DNA of 64,000 bases from Chloroflexota bacterium (lineage in GTDB: Bacteria; Chloroflexota; UBA11872; VXOZ01). The DNA lies in contig OZ219802.1 in the NCBI GenBank assembly GCA_964291655.2, positions 512,001 through 576,000 on the forward strand. Direction: 5' to 3'. The notes below the pieces were generated by a model. That model saw nothing but the letters and a program-made list of their open reading frames with translations, did no database searches and was not told the DNA's origin. How positions within the stretch are numbered: the first letter of the stretch is position 1; each line of letters starts with the position of its first letter. Positions 20,242 to 29,421 of this stretch are shown here, in pieces. The position numbers were made by a program, and so were the translations under genes.

Positions 20242-21405
20242 ATGGCAACCACCATTGACCGCGTAACGCTTGCGGAACTGGAAGCAGAGTCGGCCGGGGA
20301 AGAGGCAATAGCTCCCGAATTACGCGTCATAGAGTACCAGAATGAACGCCTGGTCAAGAGCGCGTTTCCGTTTAGCTATCAGGGCCCCGACACCATGCTG
20401 TCGGAACTGCGTCGGCGCTACCAACTAGATGAAGTAATTTCATCCGGACAGACCGAATTCGATCAAGTGCTCCTGTTGCGCGAGTGGGTGCACACCCGCT
20501 GGAAGCACGGCTGGACTCGTGTGCCCGAGCCCCGCAACGCGCTTGAGATATTGGCTGCGGTGGAGCAGGGCAAGGATTTCAACTGCGGGTACTTTGCGGT
20601 GACCTTGATGCAGTGCCTCATGTCTCTTGGATTCGTCGCGCGAAACTTGAGCATCTGCAAAACGGAAAGCGATTGGATGTCCGCCGACGAGGGCAACATC
20701 GGTCATTCAATCGTCGAATTCTGGTCACACGATTACCACAAGTGGATACTGCTCGATCCCGACCTGAACGTGCACTACGAACGCGACAGTATCCCGCTCA
20801 GCGTCCTGGAAATTCACACTGCCTGGGTCACGCGCCGCTGGGATGAAGTGAGCATGGTAACAGGGCCGACCCCTTTCCGTGTTACCGACAAGGTGGAATC
20901 CGGCGCGGGCACAACATTCGTAAACAAAGACAATCAGGACGCCGAATTCCAGATCTTTGGTTGGCACAATGTGGGAGACTATTACTACCACATCGTGTTG
21001 CCGATGCGTAACACCCAACATTCGTCCAACGAGTACGAGGCCGCGCTGGAGTGGATTGACCCCTGGACAGCGCCGCGACTCATCGCCTACAACCGGGCCA
21101 ACAGCAGCCACTTTACCAGCAACGAAGTCGATCTCTACTGGTCCGTTGATCAAGTGCAAGTTAACCTCAAAGTAGATCAAGCAGCCTGGGAGCGGAGAAA
21201 AGCCGTGCTGTCCGTGTCGCTCGACCACAGCATGCCCAACCTCGATAAGCTCCTTGTACGCCTTAATGATGAAGAGTGGCGTGAGACAACACCTGAGTTT
21301 ACCTGGCATCTGCGCCCCGGCAAGAATCAGATTATGGCAAAGGGTGTGAACCGGTTTGGCCGAGAGGGGCACGTCAGCCGCATTTTGCTCCGTTTCAACC
21401 CCTAG
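20242..21405 (+). CDS. transglutaminase-like domain protein
   Basis: Cys-His-Asp triad motifs FNCGYFA, GHSIVEFWS, KWILLDP; GGAGG RBS. Confidence 0.8.
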   Translation: MATTIDRVTLAELEAESAGEEAIAPELRVIEYQNERLVKSAFPFSYQGPDTMLSELRRRYQLDEVISSGQTEFDQVLLLREWVHTRWKHGWTRVPEPRNALEILAAVEQGKDFNCGYFAVTLMQCLMSLGFVARNLSICKTESDWMSADEGNIGHSIVEFWSHDYHKWILLDPDLNVHYERDSIPLSVLEIHTAWVTRRWDEVSMVTGPTPFRVTDKVESGAGTTFVNKDNQDAEFQIFGWHNVGDYYYHIVLPMRNTQHSSNEYEAALEWIDPWTAPRLIAYNRANSSHFTSNEVDLYWSVDQVQVNLKVDQAAWERRKAVLSVSLDHSMPNLDKLLVRLNDEEWRETTPEFTWHLRPGKNQIMAKGVNRFGREGHVSRILLRFNP

Positions 21406-21527
21406 CGGCAAGGGCAATGATCTTTGTCCGCTCCTTGCGAGAGTGGGACCAGCCGGGCGCAGTGTGTTCTCTAACACAACGCTACTACCGAAATCTATGA
21501 CAGCTTTAAAATGGACAGGAGATGCCT

Positions 21528-23039
21528 ATGAACTTCTTGGCAGCCCAAGGAAACATCCTGGAACAGGATGCAGACCTCATTGTCGTCAACCTCTTTGAGG
21601 GTGTGACCGCACCCGGCGGAGCCACTGGTGCAGTAGACCGCGCTCTTGACGGTCAGATTAGCGATCTGATCGCTGCCGGTGACTTTGAAGGCAAACTTAA
21701 CGAATCCCTCTACTTGTATACGCAAGGAGCAATTTCGGCCCGGCGTGTCCTCATCATCGGCCTTGGCAAGCAAGATGACTTCACACTGGACCGCGCCCGC
21801 CAGGTAGCAGCAAAGGCAGCGCGCACCTCCCGCGACCTTAGCGCGAAACAAGTGGCAAGCATTGTGCATGGGGCCGGAATCGGTGGACTCTCCCCTGTTG
21901 ACGCGGCACGCGCCGCGGCCGAAGGCACTGTGCTCGGCCTCTATCGCTATGAGCGCTACAAGTCCGACAAGGACGATAAAGCACTGGATTCCGTCACCTT
22001 CGTCGAAGCCGATTCCGAGAAGTTTGCCGCCGTCTCTACGGGCGTCAATGAAGGCATCGCCATTGGCGACGCCCAGAACTTCACCCGCGACCTATCCACC
22101 ACGCCCGGGAGCGACCTCCCGCCTGCAGCGCTTGCTGAAGCGGCCAGTGCAATGGCGCAAGAATTCGGCCTGAAGTGCACCATTCTCGGGCCGGAAGAGA
22201 TCGCTGCGGAGAACATGAACGTCATATTGGGTGTTTCGCGAGGTAGCGACCAGCCATGTCGCTTCATCGTGCTCGATTACACGCCTGACGCAGCCACCGA
22301 CCAGACCATTGTGCTGGTCGGCAAAGGTATCACGTTCGATACGGGCGGCCTCAACCTCAAACCCGGCGATTCCATGCGGCACATGGAATCTGATATGGCC
22401 GGGGGAGCCGGCGTGATGGGTGCAATGCGCCTGGTAGGCCACTTCAAGCCCAGCGTGCGCGTCATCGGCCTGGTGCCTGCATCGGAAAACATGCCCGGCG
22501 CCAATGCGTTCAAGCCCGGCGATGTCCTGCGGGCCGCCAACGGCAAGACCATAGAGATCGACAACACCGACGCCGAAGGGAGGCTGGTCTTGGCCGATGC
22601 GCTGAGCTATGCGCAGCGGTACAATCCGTCTGCCATCATAGATATGGCCACGCTGACCGGCGCCGTCATCGTTGCCTTGGGCCAGCACGCCGCGGGACTG
22701 ATGACCAACCACGCCGGGCTGGCGGAAAGAGTCAAGGCGGCGGGAGACGTGACCGGCGAGCGTGTCTGGGAACTACCGCTGTGGCCGGAGTACGAGGAAC
22801 AGGTGAAAAGCCCCATCGCCGATGTAAAGAACACCGGCGGACGGGCAGCGGGAAGCATCACCGGCGCGGCGCTCCTCAAGCTGTTCGTCGATGACAAGCC
22901 CTGGGTCCACCTGGACATTGCCGGAGTGGATTTCACGGACTTGGATCGACCGTACATACCAAAAGGCAGCAGCGGCTATGGCGCGCGTCTCCTCTACCAG
23001 GTCGTACGCGACTGGGAGGACGGGCTAGAATCTGCTTAG
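21528..23039 (+). CDS. pepA: leucyl aminopeptidase (M17)
   Basis: LVGKGITFDTGG, DMAG, NTDAEGRLVLAD, ATLTGA, HLDIAG. Confidence 0.96.
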   Translation: MNFLAAQGNILEQDADLIVVNLFEGVTAPGGATGAVDRALDGQISDLIAAGDFEGKLNESLYLYTQGAISARRVLIIGLGKQDDFTLDRARQVAAKAARTSRDLSAKQVASIVHGAGIGGLSPVDAARAAAEGTVLGLYRYERYKSDKDDKALDSVTFVEADSEKFAAVSTGVNEGIAIGDAQNFTRDLSTTPGSDLPPAALAEAASAMAQEFGLKCTILGPEEIAAENMNVILGVSRGSDQPCRFIVLDYTPDAATDQTIVLVGKGITFDTGGLNLKPGDSMRHMESDMAGGAGVMGAMRLVGHFKPSVRVIGLVPASENMPGANAFKPGDVLRAANGKTIEIDNTDAEGRLVLADALSYAQRYNPSAIIDMATLTGAVIVALGQHAAGLMTNHAGLAERVKAAGDVTGERVWELPLWPEYEEQVKSPIADVKNTGGRAAGSITGAALLKLFVDDKPWVHLDIAGVDFTDLDRPYIPKGSSGYGARLLYQVVRDWEDGLESA

Positions 23040-23190
23040 AAACTATCTCATAAATAGGTTCGATAGCCGATTCGTGCTGAGTGCTGCGCGAAGCCCTTGT
23101 CGAGGCACGAACGGATTCTTGCCTTTTCCGTTCGCCCTGAGCCTGTCGAAGGGCAAGTCTAACAGAGCGATATATTCTAGAGACAAGTTC
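23039..23190 (+). mobile_element. IS1182-type MITE (degenerate)
   Basis: Ends GAAACTATCTCA...AGAGACAAGTTC resemble the IS1182 IRs; shares CCGTTCGCCCTGAGCCTGTCGAAGGGCAAGTCTA with the 27423..27561 copy. Confidence 0.65.
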
Positions 23191-23288
23191 TAGCCTTTTC
23201 GTCACAGAATTTTCTCGCGAAGCGTGTCATGGGGAAAGTAGAGCGGAATTAGTAGATATAGGCTTGTAGTCTTTGCGGGCAGCGTTCA

Positions 23289-23380
23289 TGTCATTCCGAG
23301 CGCAGCGTCGAACAGGGTTCGCGGAATCTAAGATAGCTCCCGATTCTAGATTCTTCGTCGCTGCGCTCCTCAGAATTACA
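23289..23380. repeat. REP-like inverted repeat (GTCATTCCGAGCGCAGCG...GAATCT type)
   Basis: Arm TGTCATTCCGAGCGCAGCG...GAATCTA pairs with TAGATTCTTCGTCGCTGCGCTCCTCAGAATTACA. Confidence 0.65.
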
Positions 23381-23487
23381 GTTGGAAGTTGGTTCAGACC
23401 TAAAGACGATCACAAGTCTTATCTCTTGCCAACCCAAGCCTAAAGCTACTAATTGCTAAGTAGAGATTACCGGGTCGCGAAAGTAGC

Positions 23488-23964
23488 GTGGTTGTGGGCG
23501 CGAACCCAATGTCTGAAGCGGCCAAGCGGACGCTTGCCCGGTCACGCGCTGAAGCGTTGTTCTTTCAGCATGACCAGATTCTGCCGGAGGACATACTAAC
23601 CGCAATTCTTAGTCTCCCTCATTGTCATGCCGCGCAATTGCTACGCCGACTCGGACTAGACTTGCACCTCGTCACGCGTGAAGTCGTTACGGTCACTCAC
23701 TTTGGCCCAACTCGCAAGAACATCCTGAATCCGTCACTCTCCGCTACAAGCTTGCGCGTGATCGAACTCGCTGCAGAGGAGTCATGGTCGCTTGCCGCCG
23801 AGTACATCGGCACCGAGCACCTGCTCTTTGGGCTTCTTCAGGAGAAGAGTCCGGCTTCGCAGGCGCTTACCGAACGCACGGACGTCCGGATAGACGAAGT
23901 GCGGCAGCTGGCCGGAGCATGGGCCGGTAAAGGCCCTGAAGAGGAACCGCAGCATTGCACGTGA
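23488..23964 (+). CDS. stand-alone Clp protease N-terminal (Clp R) domain protein
   Basis: EALFFQH, LGLDLH, EYIGTEHLL; colinear with the N-domain of the adjacent ClpC; no ATPase domain. Confidence 0.85.
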   Translation: MVVGANPMSEAAKRTLARSRAEALFFQHDQILPEDILTAILSLPHCHAAQLLRRLGLDLHLVTREVVTVTHFGPTRKNILNPSLSATSLRVIELAAEESWSLAAEYIGTEHLLFGLLQEKSPASQALTERTDVRIDEVRQLAGAWAGKGPEEEPQHCT

Positions 23965-24068
23965 GCAGCAGTACCGGCATGGTGCTCCTTCAGCCTGGCA
24001 GCGCAACTACCATGATATAATGCGACTAGAACAAGACCCAATTCTTTCACTCCCGGAAGAGCAGCCAA

Positions 24069-26522
24069 GTGGCGGATATCGTCAATCGCCTTACGGACAT
24101 GGGCAAGCAAGCCTTACAGCTTGCGCGCAACGAGGCGCTCTTCTTCCAGCACCAACAAATCCGGCCTGAGCACATACTCCTCGCGCTCGTGGCGTTGCCC
24201 GAATGTCTCGCAGCGCGCCTGCTACGTGAGTTAGGGCTGGATCTGCACGTGATCGTGCGGGAAATCGTCGCCGCCATTGACTTCGGCCAATCACGCGAAG
24301 CCTTTGCCAGTCCACGCCTATCCTCTTCCGGCTTGCGCGTGCTTGAGCTTGCCGATGAAGAATCGCGAGCGCTATCCACCGAGTACATTGGCACCGAGCA
24401 CTTGCTCCTGGGACTTCTCAGCGAAGAAGAAGGCCTGGCGTCACACGTGCTGATAAACCGCCTGGGTGTGCAAATAGATGTAATGCGGCGCATGGCCAAT
24501 CGTTGGTCGCGCAAGAGCCCGGAAGTAGGTCGGCAGCGTGGCCGCGAGCGTTCTCGTCGCCAGGAACGAACTTCAATCCTCGAGCAATACGGGCGAGACC
24601 TTACACAACTGGCCCGCCAAGAAGACCTGGACCCCGTCGTCGGCCGCCAGAATGAGGTCGAACGCATGTGCGAGGTCCTCTTGCGCCGCCGTAAGAACAA
24701 TCCGGTGCTCGTGGGCCCTGCTGGCGTCGGCAAGACCGCCGTAGTTGAGGGACTGGCGGAACGCATCGTTTCAAAGGAAGCTGCCACTGTGATGCACGAC
24801 ATGAGGGTCGTGCAACTTGATCTCGCCGGTCTCATTGCAGGGACGAAGTTCCGGGGCGAGTTCGAAGAGCGTCTCAAGCGACTCATCGAGGAAGTAAAGA
24901 GTAGCGACAATCTCATCCTATTCGTCGATGAAGTGCATATGATGCTCGGCGCGGGTGCCGCTGCCGGGGCAATGGATGCCGCAAACATGCTAAAACCGGT
25001 GCTCTCGCGCGGCGAATTGCGCATGATCGGTGCGACGACGTGGGATGAATACCGGCGCTACATCGAGCGCGACGGTACATTGGTGCGGCGCTTCCAGCCG
25101 ATCGCGGTAGAAGAACCGGCGTTCGAGGAGACTGTCGAGATTCTGGCAGGGATTCGGAAAGTCTATGAGACCTTCCACGGCGTCACAATTACGGATGAAG
25201 CGTTAGTGAGTTCGGTGCGGCTGGCCCAGCGCTATCTGCCGGGCAGGTTCTTCCCCGATAAATCCATCGACCTCATTGATGAAGCGGCTGCGAAGATCAA
25301 AGTCTCGCGCCTCACGGCGCCATCCGAGATGCGTAAGCTCAAACATCGGCTGGATTTACTCCAAACAGAAGCCAAGGAGGCCCGGGAAGAGGGCAACTAC
25401 GACTGGATTACGCGCGTAAACACTGAGATTGAGAACTTGCATAAGCAACTGCGTGACATCGAAACAGGATGGCGCAGGGAACTCGCGGAGCGCAGGGCTG
25501 AGATCGGCGAGCGAGAGATCGCCGCAGTAATTGCACAATGGACAGGAGTGCCCAGCAGCACGGTCGACTCCAATGAGGCCCGGAGACTGCTCAAGATGGA
25601 GTCTGAAATCTCCCGGCGCATAGTCGGCCAGCAGGAACCTGCCCGCGATGTCGCTCAGGCGTTGCGCCGTGCGCTCGCCGGGGTCAAGGATCCTACGCGT
25701 CCCATCGGTTCCTTTCTTTTCATTGGCAGTCCGGGTGTTGGCAAGACGGAGCTTGCGAAAGCAATCGCGGAGTTTACGTTGGGCGATGAGCAGCAAATGG
25801 TCCGCATCGACATGTCCGAGTACGATGAGTATCACACGGTCTCACGTTTGATCGGTTCGCCACCCGGTTACGTAGGTTACGACGAAGCCGGACAGCTCAC
25901 GGAAGCCGTGCGGCGTCGGGCGTATGCAGTCATCCTGCTCGATGACATCGACAAAGCGCATCCTGCTGTACTTGACGCCCTGCTGCAAATCCTCGACCAC
26001 GGTCAGCTTACCGATGGTCAGGGCCGCGTTGTGAGCTTCCGCAACGCTGTGCTGATCTTCACTTCGAACTTCTTCGACGAAGATCCGAATCGGGTTGGCA
26101 TAGGCTTCAACGCAGACAATGTTGTTGTTGACTACACACGCATCAAGAGGGCGGCGCTCAAGGCGCTTGAGCGCAACCTCCGCCCCGAATTCCTGAATCG
26201 CGTGGATACTGTTTGTGCCTTTCATCCCCTCACAGAGGAGAACATTCACAACATTGCCGAACGGCTCATTCGGGAGTGTACAGCGCATCTTGCCACGGAG
26301 GGCATTACGCTCGACGTAGACGATGCTGTGATCGAACACCTTGCGAAGCGCTGCGGCACCCTGCAAGGCGCGCGGCCCCTGCGCCGCCTTATCACCACCT
26401 TGCTTGAAGACCCCCTAACTGACCTGCGCCTGAGTGACGAGTCCCGGTCGCACTGGATTGTCATCCTCAACGCAGCCGGAGACGACGTCGAAATCCAGCC
26501 GGCAGAAGTTCCAATTGGCTGA
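24069..26522 (+). CDS. clpC: ATP-dependent Clp protease ATP-binding subunit ClpC
   Basis: Clp N domain, NBD1 GPAGVGKT/FVDEVH, short coiled-coil M domain, NBD2 GSPGVGKT, GSPPGYVGY, IGF ClpP-docking loop, GARPLRR. Confidence 0.93.
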   Translation: MADIVNRLTDMGKQALQLARNEALFFQHQQIRPEHILLALVALPECLAARLLRELGLDLHVIVREIVAAIDFGQSREAFASPRLSSSGLRVLELADEESRALSTEYIGTEHLLLGLLSEEEGLASHVLINRLGVQIDVMRRMANRWSRKSPEVGRQRGRERSRRQERTSILEQYGRDLTQLARQEDLDPVVGRQNEVERMCEVLLRRRKNNPVLVGPAGVGKTAVVEGLAERIVSKEAATVMHDMRVVQLDLAGLIAGTKFRGEFEERLKRLIEEVKSSDNLILFVDEVHMMLGAGAAAGAMDAANMLKPVLSRGELRMIGATTWDEYRRYIERDGTLVRRFQPIAVEEPAFEETVEILAGIRKVYETFHGVTITDEALVSSVRLAQRYLPGRFFPDKSIDLIDEAAAKIKVSRLTAPSEMRKLKHRLDLLQTEAKEAREEGNYDWITRVNTEIENLHKQLRDIETGWRRELAERRAEIGEREIAAVIAQWTGVPSSTVDSNEARRLLKMESEISRRIVGQQEPARDVAQALRRALAGVKDPTRPIGSFLFIGSPGVGKTELAKAIAEFTLGDEQQMVRIDMSEYDEYHTVSRLIGSPPGYVGYDEAGQLTEAVRRRAYAVILLDDIDKAHPAVLDALLQILDHGQLTDGQGRVVSFRNAVLIFTSNFFDEDPNRVGIGFNADNVVVDYTRIKRAALKALERNLRPEFLNRVDTVCAFHPLTEENIHNIAERLIRECTAHLATEGITLDVDDAVIEHLAKRCGTLQGARPLRRLITTLLEDPLTDLRLSDESRSHWIVILNAAGDDVEIQPAEVPIG

Positions 26523-26525
26523 CCT

Positions 26526-27221
26526 GTGCAGAGAGCGCTGCACCACGTCCTCGACCTGTTATTGCCGCAGCGGTGTGTGAGTTGCCGTACACTTGGCGAA
26601 AACCTCTGCCGGTCATGTATTGGGGGCATAGCCGAATTGCCGACGTTGCGCTGTCCTCTTTGCAACGCCGCCGTCGCCAAGCAGTATGCAATCTGCCGCC
26701 AGTGTAGATTGACCCATCCTAAGCTGCGCGGAATTGCGACAATAGGCGCGTTCTCCGGCCCGTTGCGCCATGCAATCCACCACTACAAGTACCAGAACCG
26801 CACAAGTCTGGCGCAGGACCTCGGCGAGTTGCTGAGCCGGCTTGTCATGGATGCAGAGATTCCCCCATGCGCGGCGATCGTCCCGGTACCGATTCATCCC
26901 AAACGAGAGGCCGAGCGAGGTTTCAACCAAGCTTCGCTGTTGGCACTGGCGGTCGGCGAGCGTTTGCACCTACCCGTCCTCAGTGACGGAATCGTTCGCA
27001 TTGTGGATACCCCACCGCAGGTGGGATTATCGCGCGAGCAACGTCTCCGCAACGTGGCCGGGGCATTCTCGGCACGTCGCGGCGCATTCCAACACGGCGG
27101 CATATTGCTACTTGACGACGTAGCGACAACCGGGGCAACCCTGGTTACCTGCGCGCAAGAGCTCGTACAGGAAGGCGGCGCGCCCTGGGTCTGGGGTGCG
27201 GTGCTCGCGCGCGGGGGATAG
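26526..27221 (+). CDS. comF: ComF family protein (Zn ribbon plus phosphoribosyltransferase)
   Basis: CxxC pairs, VPVPIH, RGFNQA, LLDDVATTGAT. Confidence 0.92.
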   Translation: MQRALHHVLDLLLPQRCVSCRTLGENLCRSCIGGIAELPTLRCPLCNAAVAKQYAICRQCRLTHPKLRGIATIGAFSGPLRHAIHHYKYQNRTSLAQDLGELLSRLVMDAEIPPCAAIVPVPIHPKREAERGFNQASLLALAVGERLHLPVLSDGIVRIVDTPPQVGLSREQRLRNVAGAFSARRGAFQHGGILLLDDVATTGATLVTCAQELVQEGGAPWVWGAVLARGG

Positions 27222-27310
27222 AGAATCGCCAAAGCGCAATGGTGCGTACGGATCGTCCAAGACCTATTAGGACTCCTTCGCACAACCACGGCCTGCGGCA
27301 AAAAAATACT

Positions 27311-27626
27311 CCCTCTCCTTAGGGAGACCTTTGAATTACACTTGCTGGGGCGGGAAAATCCCCTCTCCCGGAGGATACCTTTGCATAGCCCCACATTCAA
27401 GCAGGGGCATTCCCTCTCCGGGGAGGCTGTCTCATAGGTCGACTCGATAAGCAAAGCTGTGCTTCGACAGGCTCAGCACGAACGGGATTTGCTTTTGCCG
27501 TTCGCCCTGAGCCTGTCGAAGGGCAAGTCTACTTTGAGCAATGAACTTCTGAGACAAGCTCTAGTGGAGAGGGAGTGGATCTTGCGCCACCGGCTGGGGT
27601 TAGGCAAGGGCCTCCTAAGGAGGGGG
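27311..27626 (+). mobile_element. nested MITE cluster: two IS5-type left ends (27323, 27373), an inner IS1182-type MITE (27423..27561) and one IS5-type right end (27615)
   Basis: GGAGACCTTTG and GGATACCTTTGCA each follow a CCCTCTCC half-hairpin; GAGGCTGTCTCA...TGAGACAAGCTC splits CCCTCTCC/GGAGAGGG; right end GGTTAGGCAAGGGCCTCC. Confidence 0.75.
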
Positions 27627-27839
27627 CTGTGGTAAGGCAGTGTCTTCACCTTGCCACCCGCAATCCTCGTGCCCGCCAAAGTTTTGCATCGGACTGGATG
27701 GCCACGCCTGCCCCTTAGAACTAAGAGGGAGTCGCCGTCTGAGACTGGGGTTAGGGCAGCAGAGTCTCATACGTGCCGGCAACACCTTGGGGGAAAACCG
27801 AGATTCCCAACAAAGCAAAATCTGCTCACGTATTCTTAG

Positions 27840-28868
27840 TTAGATTCGTATGCGGCCGACTTGCTGGCTGTCAAAAATATGCGTGCTATCGATAAAGCGC
27901 GCGACGAGGCGCTGGCCGGTCATGACAAGTGTGTGGGTGCGGACCCCTCCGCCGAAAAACCGCACGCCCCGCAGCATGTCGCCGTCCGTTACGGCAGTAG
28001 CAACAAAGATAATCTGCTTGCCGCCCGCCAGATCATCGATGCTGAATACGCGGTCGGGATCAGAAATGCCCATGGACCGAACCCGCTCGCGTTCCTCATC
28101 GTTGCGGTACCAGAAGCGGCCCACCATGCCGCCCCCGAGGCAACGCAGCGCGGCGGCGGCAAGAACGCCTTCCGGCGCCCCGCCAATACCCATGACCGCA
28201 TGCACACCCGTGCCTGAAATGGCGCATGCCACCGCCGGTGTCACGTCACCGTCGGTAATGAGACGAATCCGCGCCCCGGCTTTGCGCACCTCATCTATCA
28301 ATTCACTATGCCGGTCACGGTCGAGGATTACGACGGTGAGGTCTTCCACACGGCGTTGCAAGGCGTCGGCAATTATCTGAAGATTCGCCAAGACCGGAAA
28401 GTCGATGTTCACTTTCCCCGCCGCCGGAGGCCCGACGATGAGCTTCTCCATATAGATGTCCGGCGCGTGCAACAGACCCCCGCGCTCGCTGGCGGCAATT
28501 ACGGCTATGGCGTTGTTTAGCCCCCTGGCGACTAAGTTGGTGCCTTCCAAGGGGTCTACGGCGATGTCTACGGCCGGGCCGCCGTCGCTGCCAAGTTGCT
28601 CGCCGATATAGAGCATTGGCGCTTCATCTCGTTCGCCTTCACCGATGACTACAGTCCCGTCCATCGTAATTCTCTGTAGAGCGGCGCGCATGGCCTTCAC
28701 TGCCGCATCGTCCGCGCCATCCGGGCTTCCTTGACCCATCGTGCGGGCGGCAGCTATCGCTCCTTCTTCCGTTACACGAACGAACTCGAGCGCGAGATGC
28801 GTTTCGATGCTCGTAAGAGGAGACACTTTTCGCACGCTCTCACACTCTGTCGCACCCTTTGCTGCCAC
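27840..28868 (-). CDS. glpX: fructose-1,6-bisphosphatase class II
   Basis: [34 protein letters not shown]; GGGAGG RBS. Confidence 0.96.
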   Translation of the reverse strand: MAAKGATECESVRKVSPLTSIETHLALEFVRVTEEGAIAAARTMGQGSPDGADDAAVKAMRAALQRITMDGTVVIGEGERDEAPMLYIGEQLGSDGGPAVDIAVDPLEGTNLVARGLNNAIAVIAASERGGLLHAPDIYMEKLIVGPPAAGKVNIDFPVLANLQIIADALQRRVEDLTVVILDRDRHSELIDEVRKAGARIRLITDGDVTPAVACAISGTGVHAVMGIGGAPEGVLAAAALRCLGGGMVGRFWYRNDEERERVRSMGISDPDRVFSIDDLAGGKQIIFVATAVTDGDMLRGVRFFGGGVRTHTLVMTGQRLVARFIDSTHIFDSQQVGRIRI

Positions 28869-29018
28869 AGCCTGCCTCCCTTTCAGTGGTTGTCTATTAC
28901 GCGGTCTACTGCAATGACGGCAACCAAATAATCCATAGTATTGGAGTCTCTTCGGATCAATCTGCCTTCAAAGCATTTGGCCCACGCCCGTCCAGGGCCT
29001 ACTCCTGACGATACCTCC

Positions 29019-29405
29019 TCAGTGCTGCGCCTCTAGCACGCGAACAGCATTTTCCGCAATCTCTTCTACTCTCATAGGCAGCCTAAGAACCCGATCTACA
29101 CCCATCCAATCCGAGCGCGTGCGCGTACGAGGTTCGACGAGCAGTACCACCGTCAGCAACACTCGTGACATGGACTTTATGCGTACGCACTCTTCGTACA
29201 CGTGGGGATAGATGAACGCTTCATCGAGGACGAGCACTCTTGGCGGTTGGGGCTCATCTACTTCCCAGTTTACAAGAAGGCTCAAGAGGTCCGGCAGATC
29301 GCGGGGAGTACGCGCGGTTTTGTCTTGCGTTTGGAGAGCCTCAACTAGCCTTGTCCGCATCTGCGGGTTGGCAAGTGCGACAATTATGTCTATGCACTCT
29401 TGCAT
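29019..29405 (-). CDS. hypothetical protein, degenerate receiver (CheY-like) fold
   Basis: Size and pattern (IIVA..., PRVLVLD, VVLL, GVDRVLRLP) resemble a REC domain lacking the acidic pair and the conserved Lys. Confidence 0.55.
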   Translation of the reverse strand: MQECIDIIVALANPQMRTRLVEALQTQDKTARTPRDLPDLLSLLVNWEVDEPQPPRVLVLDEAFIYPHVYEECVRIKSMSRVLLTVVLLVEPRTRTRSDWMGVDRVLRLPMRVEEIAENAVRVLEAQH

Positions 29406-29421
29406 GGGTTGCCGCTTAGGT

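Noticed and set aside
23962-24069. Sec read-through or frameshift fusing the Clp N ORF to clpC
   Set aside because: The two ORFs are in different frames, further in-frame stops follow the TGA, and clpC has its own complete N-domain.
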